A stretch of DNA of 64,000 nucleotides, filler included, from Sanchytrium tribonematis (Eukaryota): the NCBI GenBank assembly GCA_018985235.1. It is 12 parts of 12 records of this genome, joined end to end, with 100 filler letters (N's around TTAATTAATTAA, not from the genome) between each part and the next. Parts side by side here need not be neighbours in the genome. Positions count along the whole stretch, not along the records: positions 30,550 to 34,288 come from JADGIG010000810.1; positions 34,389 to 38,126 come from JADGIG010000811.1; positions 38,227 to 41,962 come from JADGIG010000812.1; positions 42,063 to 45,796 come from JADGIG010000813.1; 8 more parts are not named here. One strand, given 5' to 3'. Under the pieces are notes generated by a model. It saw only the letters and a program-made list of their open reading frames with translations, was not told the origin of the DNA and ran no database searches. Below are positions 31,740 to 43,644 of the stretch, piece by piece (within the stretch, counting starts at the first letter, position 1; every line of letters starts with the position of its first letter). The position numbers were made by a program, and so were the translations under genes.

Positions 31740-32984
31740 ATGTCAAGTTTTGGAACTATTTTCAAAGTGACCACTTTTGGTGAGTCGCATTGCAAAGGAG
31801 TTGGGTGCATAGTAGAAAACTGTCCACCAGGTCTACCTTTAAAAGAATCAGACATCCAGCCTCAATTGACAAGACGCAGACCCGGCCAAAGTGATCTGAC
31901 TACTCCACGAGACGAGAAAGATAGAGTTCAAATCTTATCTGGGACAGAATATGGAGTAACTTTAGGAACTCCTATTGGATTATTTGTGCCAAATGAAGAT
32001 TTTAGGCCAAAGGATTACTCAGAAACTGATGAATTTCCTCGACCCAGCCATGCTGATTGGACCTATTTATTGAAATATGGCTTAAAAGCTAGTTCTGGAG
32101 GAGGAAGAAGTTCTGCAAGAGAGACTATTGGAAGAGTTGCATCTGGAGCAATAGCTGAGCAATATCTCAAGCTGGTTCATGGTGTGGAAATTGTTGCTTT
32201 TGTATCGTCAGTTGGACCTTTAGAAATCCCTAATGGTATTAATCAAAACAACATTGATTATGCAAATGTTCCTGTTGGAACTGATGTTGAATACCAGAAT
32301 GTTATTGCAAAAGAATTTATGGATCTTTTGAACACTGTTACTCGTGAAGAAGTCGATGCAGACATAACACGATGTCCCCACAAGGAAACCAGTTCAAAAA
32401 TTATCGATCTTATTCGAAGAACCAGGGATGCCAAAAACAGTATTGGAGGAACTGTAACTTGTGTAATTAGAAACGTTCCAACAGGTTTGGGCGAGCCTTG
32501 CTTCGACAAATTATCTTCAAAATTAGCACACGCTATGATGTCTATTCCGGCAACTAAAGGATTCGAATTAGGATCTGGATTTAAAGGAACGGAGTTGTTT
32601 GGTAGCATGCACAATGATGCATGGGTTAAAAATGAAAAAGGTGGTTTAAAGACCGTCTCGAACAATTCTGGTGGAACTCAAGGAGGTATTAGCAACGGGG
32701 AACATGTATATTTCAGGGTGGCTTTTAAACCTCCAGCTACCATCGGAATCGAGCAGAAAACTTCAAGTTATGAAGGACAGGATGGAATTTTAGCTGCTCG
32801 CGGAAGGCATGACCCATGCGTTGTCCCAAGAGCTGTTGCGATAGTTGAAAGTATGGCTGCGTTGACTTTGATGGATGCTCTTATGTTACAAAATTCTAGA
32901 GCTTTATCATTCCAAAATATTCCGGACTCCGTAATTGAGACAATAGAGCCTCGATTGAGAGGTTTAAAGCCTACACCCAAGTAA
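31740..32984 (+). CDS. ARO2: Chorismate synthase
   Basis: TTFGESH, RRRPGQS, RPSHAD, GGRSSARETIGRVA, SIPATKGFE, GRHDPCVVPRAV. Confidence 0.98.
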   Translation: MSSFGTIFKVTTFGESHCKGVGCIVENCPPGLPLKESDIQPQLTRRRPGQSDLTTPRDEKDRVQILSGTEYGVTLGTPIGLFVPNEDFRPKDYSETDEFPRPSHADWTYLLKYGLKASSGGGRSSARETIGRVASGAIAEQYLKLVHGVEIVAFVSSVGPLEIPNGINQNNIDYANVPVGTDVEYQNVIAKEFMDLLNTVTREEVDADITRCPHKETSSKIIDLIRRTRDAKNSIGGTVTCVIRNVPTGLGEPCFDKLSSKLAHAMMSIPATKGFELGSGFKGTELFGSMHNDAWVKNEKGGLKTVSNNSGGTQGGISNGEHVYFRVAFKPPATIGIEQKTSSYEGQDGILAARGRHDPCVVPRAVAIVESMAALTLMDALMLQNSRALSFQNIPDSVIETIEPRLRGLKPTPK

Positions 32985-33022
32985 TAAAACTCTCCTTTTT
33001 TGCAATTTACTACAGCCACGCA

Positions 33023-34132
33023 ATGACTTTAGACTTCGAGCTACAAACATTGTTTTCATACAATTTTGATTACAGCTTTAAACATGTTAAAAAGCAATAC
33101 ATTACAGATATGAAGCGGATAAAAAAAGCTTCTAGCCTTGATGAAAGGATGCGAATATTCACGAAATATAAGCGCAGCAGTATTGACGATTTTTATTGCA
33201 TTCTTCTTACCTTTACTTTAAGCATTGAATTTGATAAAAATAGCGATGAAGAGTTGATTGCTTTTTTACGATATGTTCGACCACTTGCGAATCAAAAGTA
33301 TGCCCCAGCAAATGCTGCATTAATTGGATATCTTATCCTTATTTCAGATAAGCTGGATCAATTGGACTCATTGTCTAAAGGAATTTTTTCTGATTTTCCG
33401 CTTTATAATGGGGGCAGCTATCAACTATTTTACAGATTTTACTATTATCAGCGCACTATATTGCATATATCGCAACACGACTTTGAAAAAGCAGAAGAAA
33501 TGTGCAAAAGAGGTCTTGCTATTACGACAAAAAAATCTCAAGTAAAATGCTTTTTGAGCTATGCAATCGTAATAAGTTGGTTCAGAGGTAAATATTTTAA
33601 GGAAGAGTTTTTAAATCACTACATACCTTCAAATGACTGCGTTCGCGTCCTTAATTTTTATTTAAGACATATGGAATACAAAAACGCCATAAAGTTATTG
33701 GATGAATATATTTTAGAATTTAATAGGATTGGAATTTATCTGCTTTTGAAATTTCATTTAAAACATATTTGCCTTGTTCAAGTTCTTTGCCAATTGCACA
33801 AAAAATCAGGGGGCCAAGAAAAATTTCATTTTAACGAGTTGAAGTCTTTTTGGGTAGATTGTTGGGAGGAAACGGAACTCATTCAGGCTCTTTGTTACGT
33901 ATTTGGCGGTAAGATACTAAATGGATACGTTATGGATGATGTGAGTGAGTTTATATTGCAATCTTCGACTGTGAATGATCTGATTTTACCCGATTTGTAC
34001 GCTACAGAAGAAAAATTGCCCAGCGAAGCTTTACAAAAAATGTTACTACTAAAGGATCCTGACACCTTTCCGCTTTTGGATTTTGAAAATTCTTTTCTTC
34101 AGCAACATACTGAAAGCGTTTCTTTTGAATAA
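33023..34132 (+). CDS. Divergent PCI-domain-like protein (possibly Thp1/PCID2/CSN12 type)
   Basis: FYYYQRTILHISQHDFEKAEEM resembles the PCID2 helix; C-terminal winged-helix-like ILNGYV. Confidence 0.4.
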   Translation: MTLDFELQTLFSYNFDYSFKHVKKQYITDMKRIKKASSLDERMRIFTKYKRSSIDDFYCILLTFTLSIEFDKNSDEELIAFLRYVRPLANQKYAPANAALIGYLILISDKLDQLDSLSKGIFSDFPLYNGGSYQLFYRFYYYQRTILHISQHDFEKAEEMCKRGLAITTKKSQVKCFLSYAIVISWFRGKYFKEEFLNHYIPSNDCVRVLNFYLRHMEYKNAIKLLDEYILEFNRIGIYLLLKFHLKHICLVQVLCQLHKKSGGQEKFHFNELKSFWVDCWEETELIQALCYVFGGKILNGYVMDDVSEFILQSSTVNDLILPDLYATEEKLPSEALQKMLLLKDPDTFPLLDFENSFLQQHTESVSFE

Positions 34133-34388
34133 AATAGTTTTTCACAATGTTATAACTTTCATGTATCTTAGTTAAAGCATAAGAACAATCTAATCACTTT
34201 TCGTAAAAAAGTTAGTAATTGCGAAAAAGGGTATGACAGGGATAAAAGTCGAAAGATTGGATGATTTGCCACAGCACAACAAAATGATNNNNNNNNNNNN
34301 NNNNNNNNNNNNNNNNNNNNNNNNNNNNNNNNTTAATTAATTAANNNNNNNNNNNNNNNNNNNNNNNNNNNNNNNNNNNNNNNNNNNN

Positions 34389-37300
34389 CTAGCTACTTCT
34401 AATTTAGGAAATAAATCAGCAATTAGACCTAGAAAGATTGGGACATCCTCTAATACAATTTTAGGGATATTAAAATCTCTTAAAGCACGCATTAAAACTT
34501 GATCTTCTGGAACATTTGCTGTTTCACTCCGCTTCAAACTTCCGGCAACTACTAATACGCTCTTGATGGCTCTTAATCCCCAGTCATAATGATCTTGTTT
34601 ACTCAATAACTCTCTATTTAATTTATATAATGTATTAAATTTACGGGCTAGAATATTTGCATTTGTAAAACCTTCTGCCATCAACATGATTTCCATAATT
34701 AACTCCAAATTAGGCACCACCATACTACATGGTCTGAAGAGTGCTTTCAAATTATCAGGTAATTCTGCCCTTCCAGCATATCCAGGATTCATTGTGATCC
34801 AAATACCAACAGTTGATTTTAATTTGATTTCTTCCCCTAAAAAGTTGAATTTATTCTTCTTTGCTCTCAAAGCATCTTGAATACTCTTTACTTGAGTCGC
34901 AATGACACTCAATACTTCCACACTGATTCGATTAAATTCGTCAAAACAGCCCCAACTGCCACTTTGTGCCAATCCCTTGTAAATATTCCCTACAGATTGA
35001 TAATCCATCTGCTCTGAGCAATTAAAGACATAGACCATAATGGCCATTGCTTTTCCCAAATCTTTAACAGTCTCTGTTTTACCAGTGCCAGCAGGTCCTT
35101 GAGGAGATCCCCCTAATTTCAAGTGAAGTGCTTGCGAAAGCGTGATGTAGCATCTATCTGTTAATGGCGTGACTACCAATCGAGGTGTATTTCCCAAATA
35201 TTCATAATTATATTTAAAATGCGCATCACAAATATCAATTAAGCAATCTTTTTCATCTTCATCCCATTTTAACCTCAATTGAGATTGCCAGCTCCAACAT
35301 TGTGCATTAGATGCCTTTTCATTTATTAATTTACCCACGACATCTCTCGCGTGAACATCTAAAGTACAAACAGTCATAACGAGTGTTCGATCATTTTTAC
35401 TTAAATTGCCCTGAATTAATTGAATAAGATTGGTTAATTGAGCGCATTGCTTCTTATAATAATCCTTCATTGCCATTTCATTTCCCTCTTCCATTTTCGC
35501 AAATGCCAAATTAACTTCAGAAGTCCAAAATAATTGAGTCCCTGCCAATGCCAATTGCGCACAATGCTCCAATATCCACTTTTCTCTAGGTCTCTCGTCA
35601 TATTGTGTAATAGCATCATTCAATAAATGCTTTAAACTAAGCTTCATTTCCATTTCTAAATCACAAAGCCAATATTCCACAGCTCCTTTTAACTGTAATT
35701 CACTCCTAAATGGCACATATTCTCGTTCTCTACTATACATTCCTTTTACAATGTTGCAATTAGGTTCATTACTAGTAAATTCTAAATCACATAAATTATC
35801 AAATAATTTGCTCAAATGTGGACAAATAAGTTTTGGCGTATTCCCATTACTTAAAATATCTAATAAATCAGCACTAGAGATGAAATAGAATCTAGGAAAT
35901 ACTAATCTTTTCGTTTCCAAGTAATCTGCCAGTGCTTTTTCACATTTTTGTAATTCAGAATGGAAATGCTCTAATTTATCCAATAATCCATCCGTGTTGC
36001 ACAAATCCACTACCCGTGTCAAATTATCATTATAAAATGCATTTAATAATGTCATGAATGCATCTGATGTATTTGTAAATCTCAAAGTGTCATCTGGTAA
36101 TTGTTGTTTAATATCCTCACTCGTCATGAAAATGGTAGATAAATGTGACCAGGTGGTCTGCACAATGTTTAATACAGTTGTGACACTATCTACAGTCCCT
36201 AGAATGTTTTGCCAATGCATAATATCCTTTTTAAAATAATCAATATTTTTAGAATTTAACAAGTTTTGAAGCACTAATTGATTGTCTTCTAGGGATTCTA
36301 TTAGATTATCAGGCATTTTTAACAAGTGTACAGCATTTATATCACTTGGAATAAAGTGCATTTGTTGCCAAATCAAATCCACGTCATTTAATACTTTTTG
36401 AATCGATTGCTCTTTATTTGCCTTGTCAATGATGGTTCTAACATCATCTTCAAAGTGGTGAAGATTTAATTGCAATAATTCATTCAATTGAGTTCTATCT
36501 GTGATAATAAAACTAGTTTTTGAAATAATCATTAATTGGTCCCAATGCCTTTGTTTGATGAATGGGTTCTTTAATTCACTAATGAGAGATATCTGCATAG
36601 TCATATTCTTGATATATTGCTCTAATTGTTGATAAACATGCCAAGATTTAATAAATAAATCAAATTTTTTCAAATCTTTTAAAGCATCTTTGCCAAATAT
36701 CTCAATTTGGTCCATATCCACTAATTTCCACTCTGACTGTTTATAATATTGATATTTGTTGAGTATATGTGCAGTTATATCCCATGTTTGCTTCAATTGC
36801 TTGATATTTGAGATGCATAAATCTAATAAATCCATTTTTGGCACTTGTATTTGCAATACTTGACTAATTTGTGCTAATTCACTCTTTTCCTTTAATAGTA
36901 ATTGTATTTCACTATACAATACATTGATTGAGTCATAAGATTCATTAATATTGGTAGTAAATTGATAGGGTCCCTTTTTTAAGAAATCTTCTCTAAATGC
37001 CAATATTTTGCGCACTAATCTCTTCAATTTAGATTCAATGCTGTCAATAATTTGCACCTTAAGTGGCTGAATACTCTCACTTGTCTTGTATGCCAATTTA
37101 GTCAATTGGGTGTAAAATTCTTTTAATTCCTTCAAATTGGTAGTTAATTGGTCAGTTACAATATTCTGTTGCTTCAATATCAAATATTGATGTTCTAATT
37201 GTTCAAAAAATACTTTACTAGTGGTGTCAAATGCCAATAATGAATTAATTTGACTAATTTTAGAAATTAATAAATTATAATCCTCTGCATTTAATTCTTC

Positions 37301-38126
37301 TTTTAATATTTGTGATTTATTCTGCCATTCTACCAAGTATTTGTTGATATATTGACTAAATTCATTCTCAAATGTGCTTAATAGCATGGAAATAGTCTTT
37401 TTGATGTGCGTGCCCACATAATTCTTAAAATTCCTAGTATCCAATTTAACCCACCCATCTATAAATAATTCATTCTTCAGATCTTTTATTTGCACTTGCA
37501 ATTGCTGTAATTTGTCCAATTCCAAATGCACCGTGTTTGCTTTCAACACAGATTCAATAAATTGCTGTTTTGGTATTTTCCATATAAATTCATAAATGAG
37601 TAGTTCTTTAATAAACTGGTTGCCACTTACTTGCACTAATTGGATATTATTCATAATTTGAGACTGTAAATCCACTACATCAGAATATTCTGAAATCATT
37701 TGAAATACTTGTAATTCTTCATCATCTCCAAATAATGTCACATTTTTACATATATTTAGCATGTAATTGATAATAGATTGTATGAAATCAACCAATTCCT
37801 CATTAAAATTGGGTTTTACTTTAATATCATGATTAAAAACATCGACAATGATTTCCATAAATACATCAGAATCCCTTGTGGTATTGGCAAATAATAATGA
37901 GAGTGATTTAATGACATATTGGTGCATCTGATTTACTAATAATTCATCTAAATGGCTGTAAAATAAAGAATAGTCATGTTTTAGTATTTCCTGTAAATGG
38001 GTTAATTTTGATTTGAATTTGATGAAACTAGATTGAATTGATTGAGTAATTTGATTGAATTTATCACCCACATCTTGAATATCTACGCATTTCTTAACAG
38101 CATCGAGCACTAAATGATTCTGCCAT
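34389..38126 (-). CDS. Axonemal dynein heavy chain (outer-arm beta, DNAH9/11/17-like), internal fragment
   Basis: FPRFYFIS, YEYLGNTPRLVVTPLTDRCY, GPAGTGKTET, VYVFNCSEQMDY, WGCFDEFNRISVEVLSV, TMNPGYAGRAELP, HYDWGLRA; open at both contig ends. Confidence 0.93.
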
Positions 38127-38226
38127 NNNNNNNNNNNNNNNNNNNNNNNNNNNNNNNNNNNNNNNNNNNNTTAATTAATTAANNNNNNNNNNNNNNNNNN
38201 NNNNNNNNNNNNNNNNNNNNNNNNNN

Positions 38227-39062
38227 GGATGTGCTTCCACAGTCACAGGATTGAAGTAAACAAACCCAGAAATGATAAAATAAGTTAATGGTACTAAAGA
38301 CAAGGCATAATTCAATAAATATTCACCATCGTGTGACGTGGTATCATCCCCACTCACTTGTTGCACCACTACCAGTCTCTCTACAAACATGCACGCATAT
38401 CCAATATATGCAATACACAAATGAATACAAATTAATTGATAAAATCGACTAGTTGTTTGTTTAGGCCGTGAAAATAAAGAAATTACAGAAATCACTAGTA
38501 AAATACTCGTATTGACACTAATAACCACCATTCTATCCATATTATTGTTATTGCTGACTAGATACACCAATAACAAGTACCAAATCACACTCAACAAACT
38601 CAAAATACGATGAATGATAAATCTTGTTTTTGTGATTTTGAGTAATTTAATATGCTCTACAGTGCGTGGCATGACAAATAACAAGTAGGTATACCATAGT
38701 AATCCAATAAAATACCCTAAAAAGTTGTATAAATCATCGATTTGACCTGGTTTGACTTGATCTTGCGAATCAGGAGAATCATTTCTAATATACAAAACTT
38801 CCTTGTATTTTCGAATAGATATTAATGCCCAAATCAACAATTGAATGCCCCATACATAAATACCTGTTTTTAATACCATATTCAAAAGAGCATTGGATTT
38901 AAATTGCAAATACAAATAAATCATGTTTATAAATAGCAACATGACATAATTCATACAGGCACCTTGTCTATCAAAGATGGAATAGTCATTTGTATTCAAG
39001 ATCAGAGCAGCTAAAAAGAAGATGGAAGAGGCAATGGTCAAAAAAGTCCCCACATGTTTCAT
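38227..39062 (-). CDS. Orphan multi-pass membrane protein, 3'-truncated
   Basis: Many hydrophobic helices; cut by linker. Confidence 0.55.
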
Positions 39063-39109
39063 TAAGTGACGTCTTTACATTTGCAATTTATCATTTATAA
39101 TACATTTAT

Positions 39110-40183
39110 TTACAATGTTACATCACTTCTGATGATTGTCTCTACATTATTATGAGATACTTTTCTAGGCTGACCAGGTATTGATGTAAAATCAACAATT
39201 TCGGGTTCTGGCAACTCAATATCATGTCCTAATGTGTCCTGCTTATTGGATAGTGCCCATAAATCATTCTGAATGGCATGTAGATAATTCTGTTGTGGGC
39301 CCACGACACTACCAGGACGCATCAATCTTAAATATCCAATAACTTCTGATGCTGTAAATCTATATGTTTTCATCAAATACGCACCAATTAAAGTGCCTGT
39401 TCTTCCTAGACCTGCTTTGCAATGAATGGCCATGACGGATCTTTGATCTGCTAAATCTAAAAATTGATTTAAAATGTATTCTGGTGGACAACTGCCATCC
39501 GGATAATACATTTCGATGTGCTCAATACCTGCTGATTCAAATACTGCTTTATCATATAATTTATGATTTAATCTAATGACTGTTTCTACTTTATTTTCTT
39601 TAAAATATTCAGCGAAATGATTGGCTGAAAATCGTCTATAATGATCTCTATCACTAGGTGATGCAAATGCAATGAATTTTGGAGTAATCCAATTGAAATC
39701 ACCATTATCTACCTGTTCGTAATACTCATATTCATCTAATTTGAAATTTGATGGATTTACAAGCTTGTAAAACATGGCGCGTTCAAATCCTTTTAGACAG
39801 TCTAGAATAGAAATGACATAGGTAGATGGACCATTACCAGCATCTCTAAAAGGAACTAGCATTCTATCATCTAACAACGCATAAATATCATGCGGTTTCT
39901 TCTTTAATTCTATCAATAAATAAAAACTCAATAGCAGCAATGCATTGGTCTTTTTATGAGGATGAGCCTGTGAAAACAATATGAGTCGTTTATTAGTGAT
40001 TCTAGTTTTCATATACTTATTGAATTTAATGATTTGAGCAATATTTAATGGTCCAAAATCTTCATTAAATCTAAAATAAGTCAGAAATGGATCCATGTTG
40101 ATAAACTCTGAATCTTCGTCTGCTAATACGCTAATGTTTGATGCATTAGACGCGTAAAATAGATTTTCAGAGAATTTTATCAT
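39110..40183 (-). CDS. CDC14: Dual-specificity phosphatase CDC14
   Basis: DFGPLN, PFRDAG, YEYYEQVDNGDFNWI, IHCKAGLGRTG, RPGSVVGPQQ. Confidence 0.96.
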   Translation of the reverse strand: MIKFSENLFYASNASNISVLADEDSEFINMDPFLTYFRFNEDFGPLNIAQIIKFNKYMKTRITNKRLILFSQAHPHKKTNALLLLSFYLLIELKKKPHDIYALLDDRMLVPFRDAGNGPSTYVISILDCLKGFERAMFYKLVNPSNFKLDEYEYYEQVDNGDFNWITPKFIAFASPSDRDHYRRFSANHFAEYFKENKVETVIRLNHKLYDKAVFESAGIEHIEMYYPDGSCPPEYILNQFLDLADQRSVMAIHCKAGLGRTGTLIGAYLMKTYRFTASEVIGYLRLMRPGSVVGPQQNYLHAIQNDLWALSNKQDTLGHDIELPEPEIVDFTSIPGQPRKVSHNNVETIIRSDVTL

Positions 40184-40426
40184 TTCAAATGAGATGGAAT
40201 TGGCCTAGTTGGAAATCATCAATTTCTACGTTAGTTTATTCATCTCAGCGTGTTTAAATCTGTCATCATGATTACAGTGAGATTCCCACAATTACAGTCT
40301 TTGAATTGCTTACCATTTTGAGAAATGTTCCTCGTTTTATCCTCAAAATTTGTTTTTTCAAACTCGTGGGATGCGTTGAAACTGGTAAGAAATCAATCAA
40401 AATAATTTATTAAATCATTTACTACA

Positions 40427-41593
40427 TCACATTATCGTTAAAGGATAAGAATCGTATAGTCCTTCTTCCTCTCTCACCTTTTGAACGATCAATTTGCTCG
40501 CTCTTTCAAATGGAATTAACCCAACATCGGCAACCTTGTGCACTTTATTATTCTCATCCATCTCGTTGATTATAAGTGGATACGCAATACCCAATCCATA
40601 AAACGGTAATTCACGAGTCCCATATTGTAATCTCATGGTTTCTTGATTTAATGTCAAATCTGCCGCATTTAACTCCTCCCCATTAAATTGAATCGGAATC
40701 GGATTAGTTTTGAATCCTGTGGCATAAATGACAGAATCAATATCTTTAAGCATTTCCCTCGTAGCTGTTGTCACCAGATTAATTTTAATGTTCCATTTCT
40801 TTTTATCAAGAATCTCATAAGCAAATCTAGCTGCTTCACCTTTTAGTGCTCTATTCCAGTTTGAGTACTCTTTGTTGACTACCCTTAGATACGAATGCGG
40901 GCTTTTGTAAAGCAATAATACATTTTCAGCAGGTACCTTTCTGAAGTATAGGTTTCTAAGGACAAGCATGCCTGAGTGACTGTTGCCAACGACTAAATAT
41001 TTTTTCTTGTTATCTAATTTAGTGTTCATGGATTGAATGATTCCAATATTTGTTGTTTTCTCGGGAAGTAAGTCTGAAACGTTGGGCTCATTCATTTTTG
41101 GACTTGAACCTTGTGCCAAATACACCTGATTACATTTCAAGGCATTAGATTTAGATCTAATGGAAATAGTCGCGATCATATTTTTGTAGTTAATTTCATC
41201 AACTTTTCCCTCAAAAGTTTGAACTATCCCTTTTACATGCTGCGTATATTTTGACACTAATTTGTGAACAATATACAAAAACGGTTTTTCAAAGTCACCC
41301 ATTTCCTTTAATTTGTTTTGCGTATCTCTCAAATCTGGTAAGTTGTAAATGCTTTCAAATATTCTGTTGGCAATAGCCCAATTCTTATACATCCCCGCAT
41401 ACGCATTTCCAGGAATAAATCCCATATTATGCATTGCTCCGCCATCAAAATGATCAGAAATCCATGCAATTTCATCTTTATTTACCACATCAGGATTAGA
41501 TAATAGATTGGCTACCATGGATAGTCCTGCTGGACCTGCACCGATGACACAGTGCTTATAAAGTCGACTGTAAACAACTAAATGAAGTTGCAT
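40427..41593 (-). CDS. FAD/NAD(P)-dependent pyridine nucleotide-disulfide oxidoreductase family protein
   Basis: VIGAGPAG, LAQGS, VVGNSHSG, IYATGF, GLGIAYP. Confidence 0.82.
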   Translation of the reverse strand: MQLHLVVYSRLYKHCVIGAGPAGLSMVANLLSNPDVVNKDEIAWISDHFDGGAMHNMGFIPGNAYAGMYKNWAIANRIFESIYNLPDLRDTQNKLKEMGDFEKPFLYIVHKLVSKYTQHVKGIVQTFEGKVDEINYKNMIATISIRSKSNALKCNQVYLAQGSSPKMNEPNVSDLLPEKTTNIGIIQSMNTKLDNKKKYLVVGNSHSGMLVLRNLYFRKVPAENVLLLYKSPHSYLRVVNKEYSNWNRALKGEAARFAYEILDKKKWNIKINLVTTATREMLKDIDSVIYATGFKTNPIPIQFNGEELNAADLTLNQETMRLQYGTRELPFYGLGIAYPLIINEMDENNKVHKVADVGLIPFERASKLIVQKVREEEGLYDSYPLTIM

Positions 41594-41714
41594 ATTGAAG
41601 TGATTTGAGGGGATTAAAAATTGCGCAAAATATCACAGTTTTGTGACTGTGTCACTTTGTGAGACTGGTGTAATTTGCTCAAGGTAATACAGAGCAACAT
41701 GATCGCTTGAGTGT

Positions 41715-41962
41715 TTATATCTCTTTCTGAAAAATCCGCTCCCTTTTATTCTCAATATTAATTTTTATAATCTTTGATATAACAATGGCTTGAAAATGTA
41801 TAAGTTGTTGTATATACTTTTTATCAAGTTTTAATTCATTTGTCATGGATGAAATGAGTGGCAATGTCTTGACACGAGGTGAAAGTAAATTGGAAATTTG
41901 ATCATCTCGTGTTTTGGGTTGACCTCCTTGTGCCAAATACACCTGTTTGCATTTAATAGATG
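41715..41962 (-). pseudogene. Truncated tandem paralog of the oxidoreductase
   Basis: SIKCKQVYLAQGGQPK...ISNLL...IS SM...LDKKY aligns with ALKCNQVYLAQGSSPK...VSDLL...IQSM...NKKKY; similarity stops abruptly. Confidence 0.7.
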
Positions 41963-42062
41963 NNNNNNNNNNNNNNNNNNNNNNNNNNNNNNNNNNNNNN
42001 NNNNNNTTAATTAATTAANNNNNNNNNNNNNNNNNNNNNNNNNNNNNNNNNNNNNNNNNNNN

Positions 42063-42321
42063 GGTGAAATTAGTTACCCCCGTCTGCAAATTAGCACCAC
42101 TTACTATCACCAAGTGCCATAATGTCAAGCAACCAGACCGACTTCTAAATGAGATAAAAGATTTCGAAGCAAGTAAGTTGAAAAGCGTGAAATTATTGAA
42201 AAAGAATTCTTGCGCCTATCGACATGCGGAACTAGATGTACTCAAGCTTAAACTCCAAACCATTCGCCATAGATCTTGCACAACCAACTCTTCTGCTTCT
42301 GAATCCAGTGACTGGAATTAA
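42063..42321 (+). CDS. C-terminal WH2/WCA-like fragment (possible actin nucleation-promoting factor)
   Basis: LLNEIKDFEASKLKSV (WH2/thymosin-like), LKLKLQTIRHR (central helix-like), terminal SESSDWN (acidic, Trp); 5' end cut by linker. Confidence 0.5.
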
Positions 42322-42357
42322 CCAGATTTATTTAAAATAAATTGAAAATCAGTTTAT

Positions 42358-42987
42358 TTATGCTTGAGGTGCTGGGGTAGCTTTCTTTGACTTCTTCTTC
42401 TTTTTCTCAGTCTTTTCTTCTACACCCCCAAGAAGTTCAACTTTTTTCTCATCTTTACGTTTTTGTCTTCTTTCTTTAGATGCCTTCGCTTTTTGTCTGT
42501 AAACTTGAGCTTGTTCGGCAAGAGCTGCAGCTCTTTCTTTCTCAGCTTTAGCCTTGTGGATAAATTCCATAAGGACTCTCTTATTTTTAAACACATTACC
42601 CTTTGATTTTACATATAGCTCACGGTACATGTGTTTATCAATTTTTTCCAATTCACGGTACTTTCTTAAAAGTCTTCGAAGAACACGTTGTCTGCGCATC
42701 CAAACAACTTTTTCAGGCATTCTAGCATTTGCGCTACCCTTTCGTTTTCCGTGTCCCATATGTCTACCTTTTAATTTGGCAGCAGCACGAACGTGTACAC
42801 GAAATCTAGATGGTGCATTTTCAGGTTTTTTGATTACTAGTCCATCTTTAACAAGCTTTCTCACAGATGCTCTTGTCTTAGCACCAGATATATCAGTAAT
42901 TTCATTAGGATCTAACCAGACCTTTCTTTTTCCACATTTCATTACAGCAGCGGCTAGTCGTTTTTGTAATCTTAATCCAGACGTCAT
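42358..42987 (-). CDS. RPL19: 60S ribosomal protein eL19
   Basis: [49 protein letters not shown]. Confidence 0.98.
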   Translation of the reverse strand: MTSGLRLQKRLAAAVMKCGKRKVWLDPNEITDISGAKTRASVRKLVKDGLVIKKPENAPSRFRVHVRAAAKLKGRHMGHGKRKGSANARMPEKVVWMRRQRVLRRLLRKYRELEKIDKHMYRELYVKSKGNVFKNKRVLMEFIHKAKAEKERAAALAEQAQVYRQKAKASKERRQKRKDEKKVELLGGVEEKTEKKKKKSKKATPAPQA

Positions 42988-43077
42988 TCGAGATTAATTT
43001 ATGAGCAAGATTTTACAAAACTTGGAGTTAAACACACGTGAAAACATTCTGAAACAAAATACCTAACCTTTGCGAAA

Positions 43078-43365
43078 ATGAACACAGAAAATTTGGAAGA
43101 AAATGATCCAACGTACTTAGAGCTGCAAGAAAAGTTTCTCAATTTAAAGTCTGAATATGAAAAAAATGTTAAAGGTTACAGTCAAGCAAGAAAGGAGTAT
43201 ATTTCTACCAGAAAAGATATTGATTCTATTCTTGCAACAATGGATTTTAAAAGTTTAGTAATACCTCATCCACGGCTCACTTATGAACTTCATGATCAAG
43301 AACTCGGCGCAATTCAAAAACATTTAGAATATTTTCTGGAAAAAAGTCGTTATGAACACGAATAA
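43078..43365 (+). CDS. Small coiled-coil hypothetical protein
   Basis: 95-aa ATG ORF, stop within AATAAA. Confidence 0.5.
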   Translation: MNTENLEENDPTYLELQEKFLNLKSEYEKNVKGYSQARKEYISTRKDIDSILATMDFKSLVIPHPRLTYELHDQELGAIQKHLEYFLEKSRYEHE

Positions 43366-43644
43366 ATTTCAATAAATTTAACTTCAAGGAAAACTTGTAA
43401 AAACGGCTTCTAGACATTGCAATTATGACTTTGAATCTCGGACACGTATCTGTACTAACAATACCTGCTAGCTCATCAATATCCTGTTTTAAAAATTAAA
43501 TATATCGAAAATAGGAAGTTGTTGGCATTGATTAACAGATGCGATGTAATTTTGAACATTGCTAAAATACCAACTTGTTATCTTTATGTTTTTTTTCTAC
43601 GACTTTTTCAACGCAAAATAGTCACAAGGGGTTTGATTTACACA

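Noticed and set aside
42554..42997. Antisense and alternate-frame ORFs in the track (e.g. 240-491, 410-622, 32258-32665, 42554-42997, 52911-53240)
   Set aside because: Shadows of well-conserved genes on the opposite strand or in another frame
43446..43471. GTATCTG-TACTAAC...AG intron-like sequence in intergenic DNA
   Set aside because: No AG at the consensus distance from the branch box, and no credible ORF is restored
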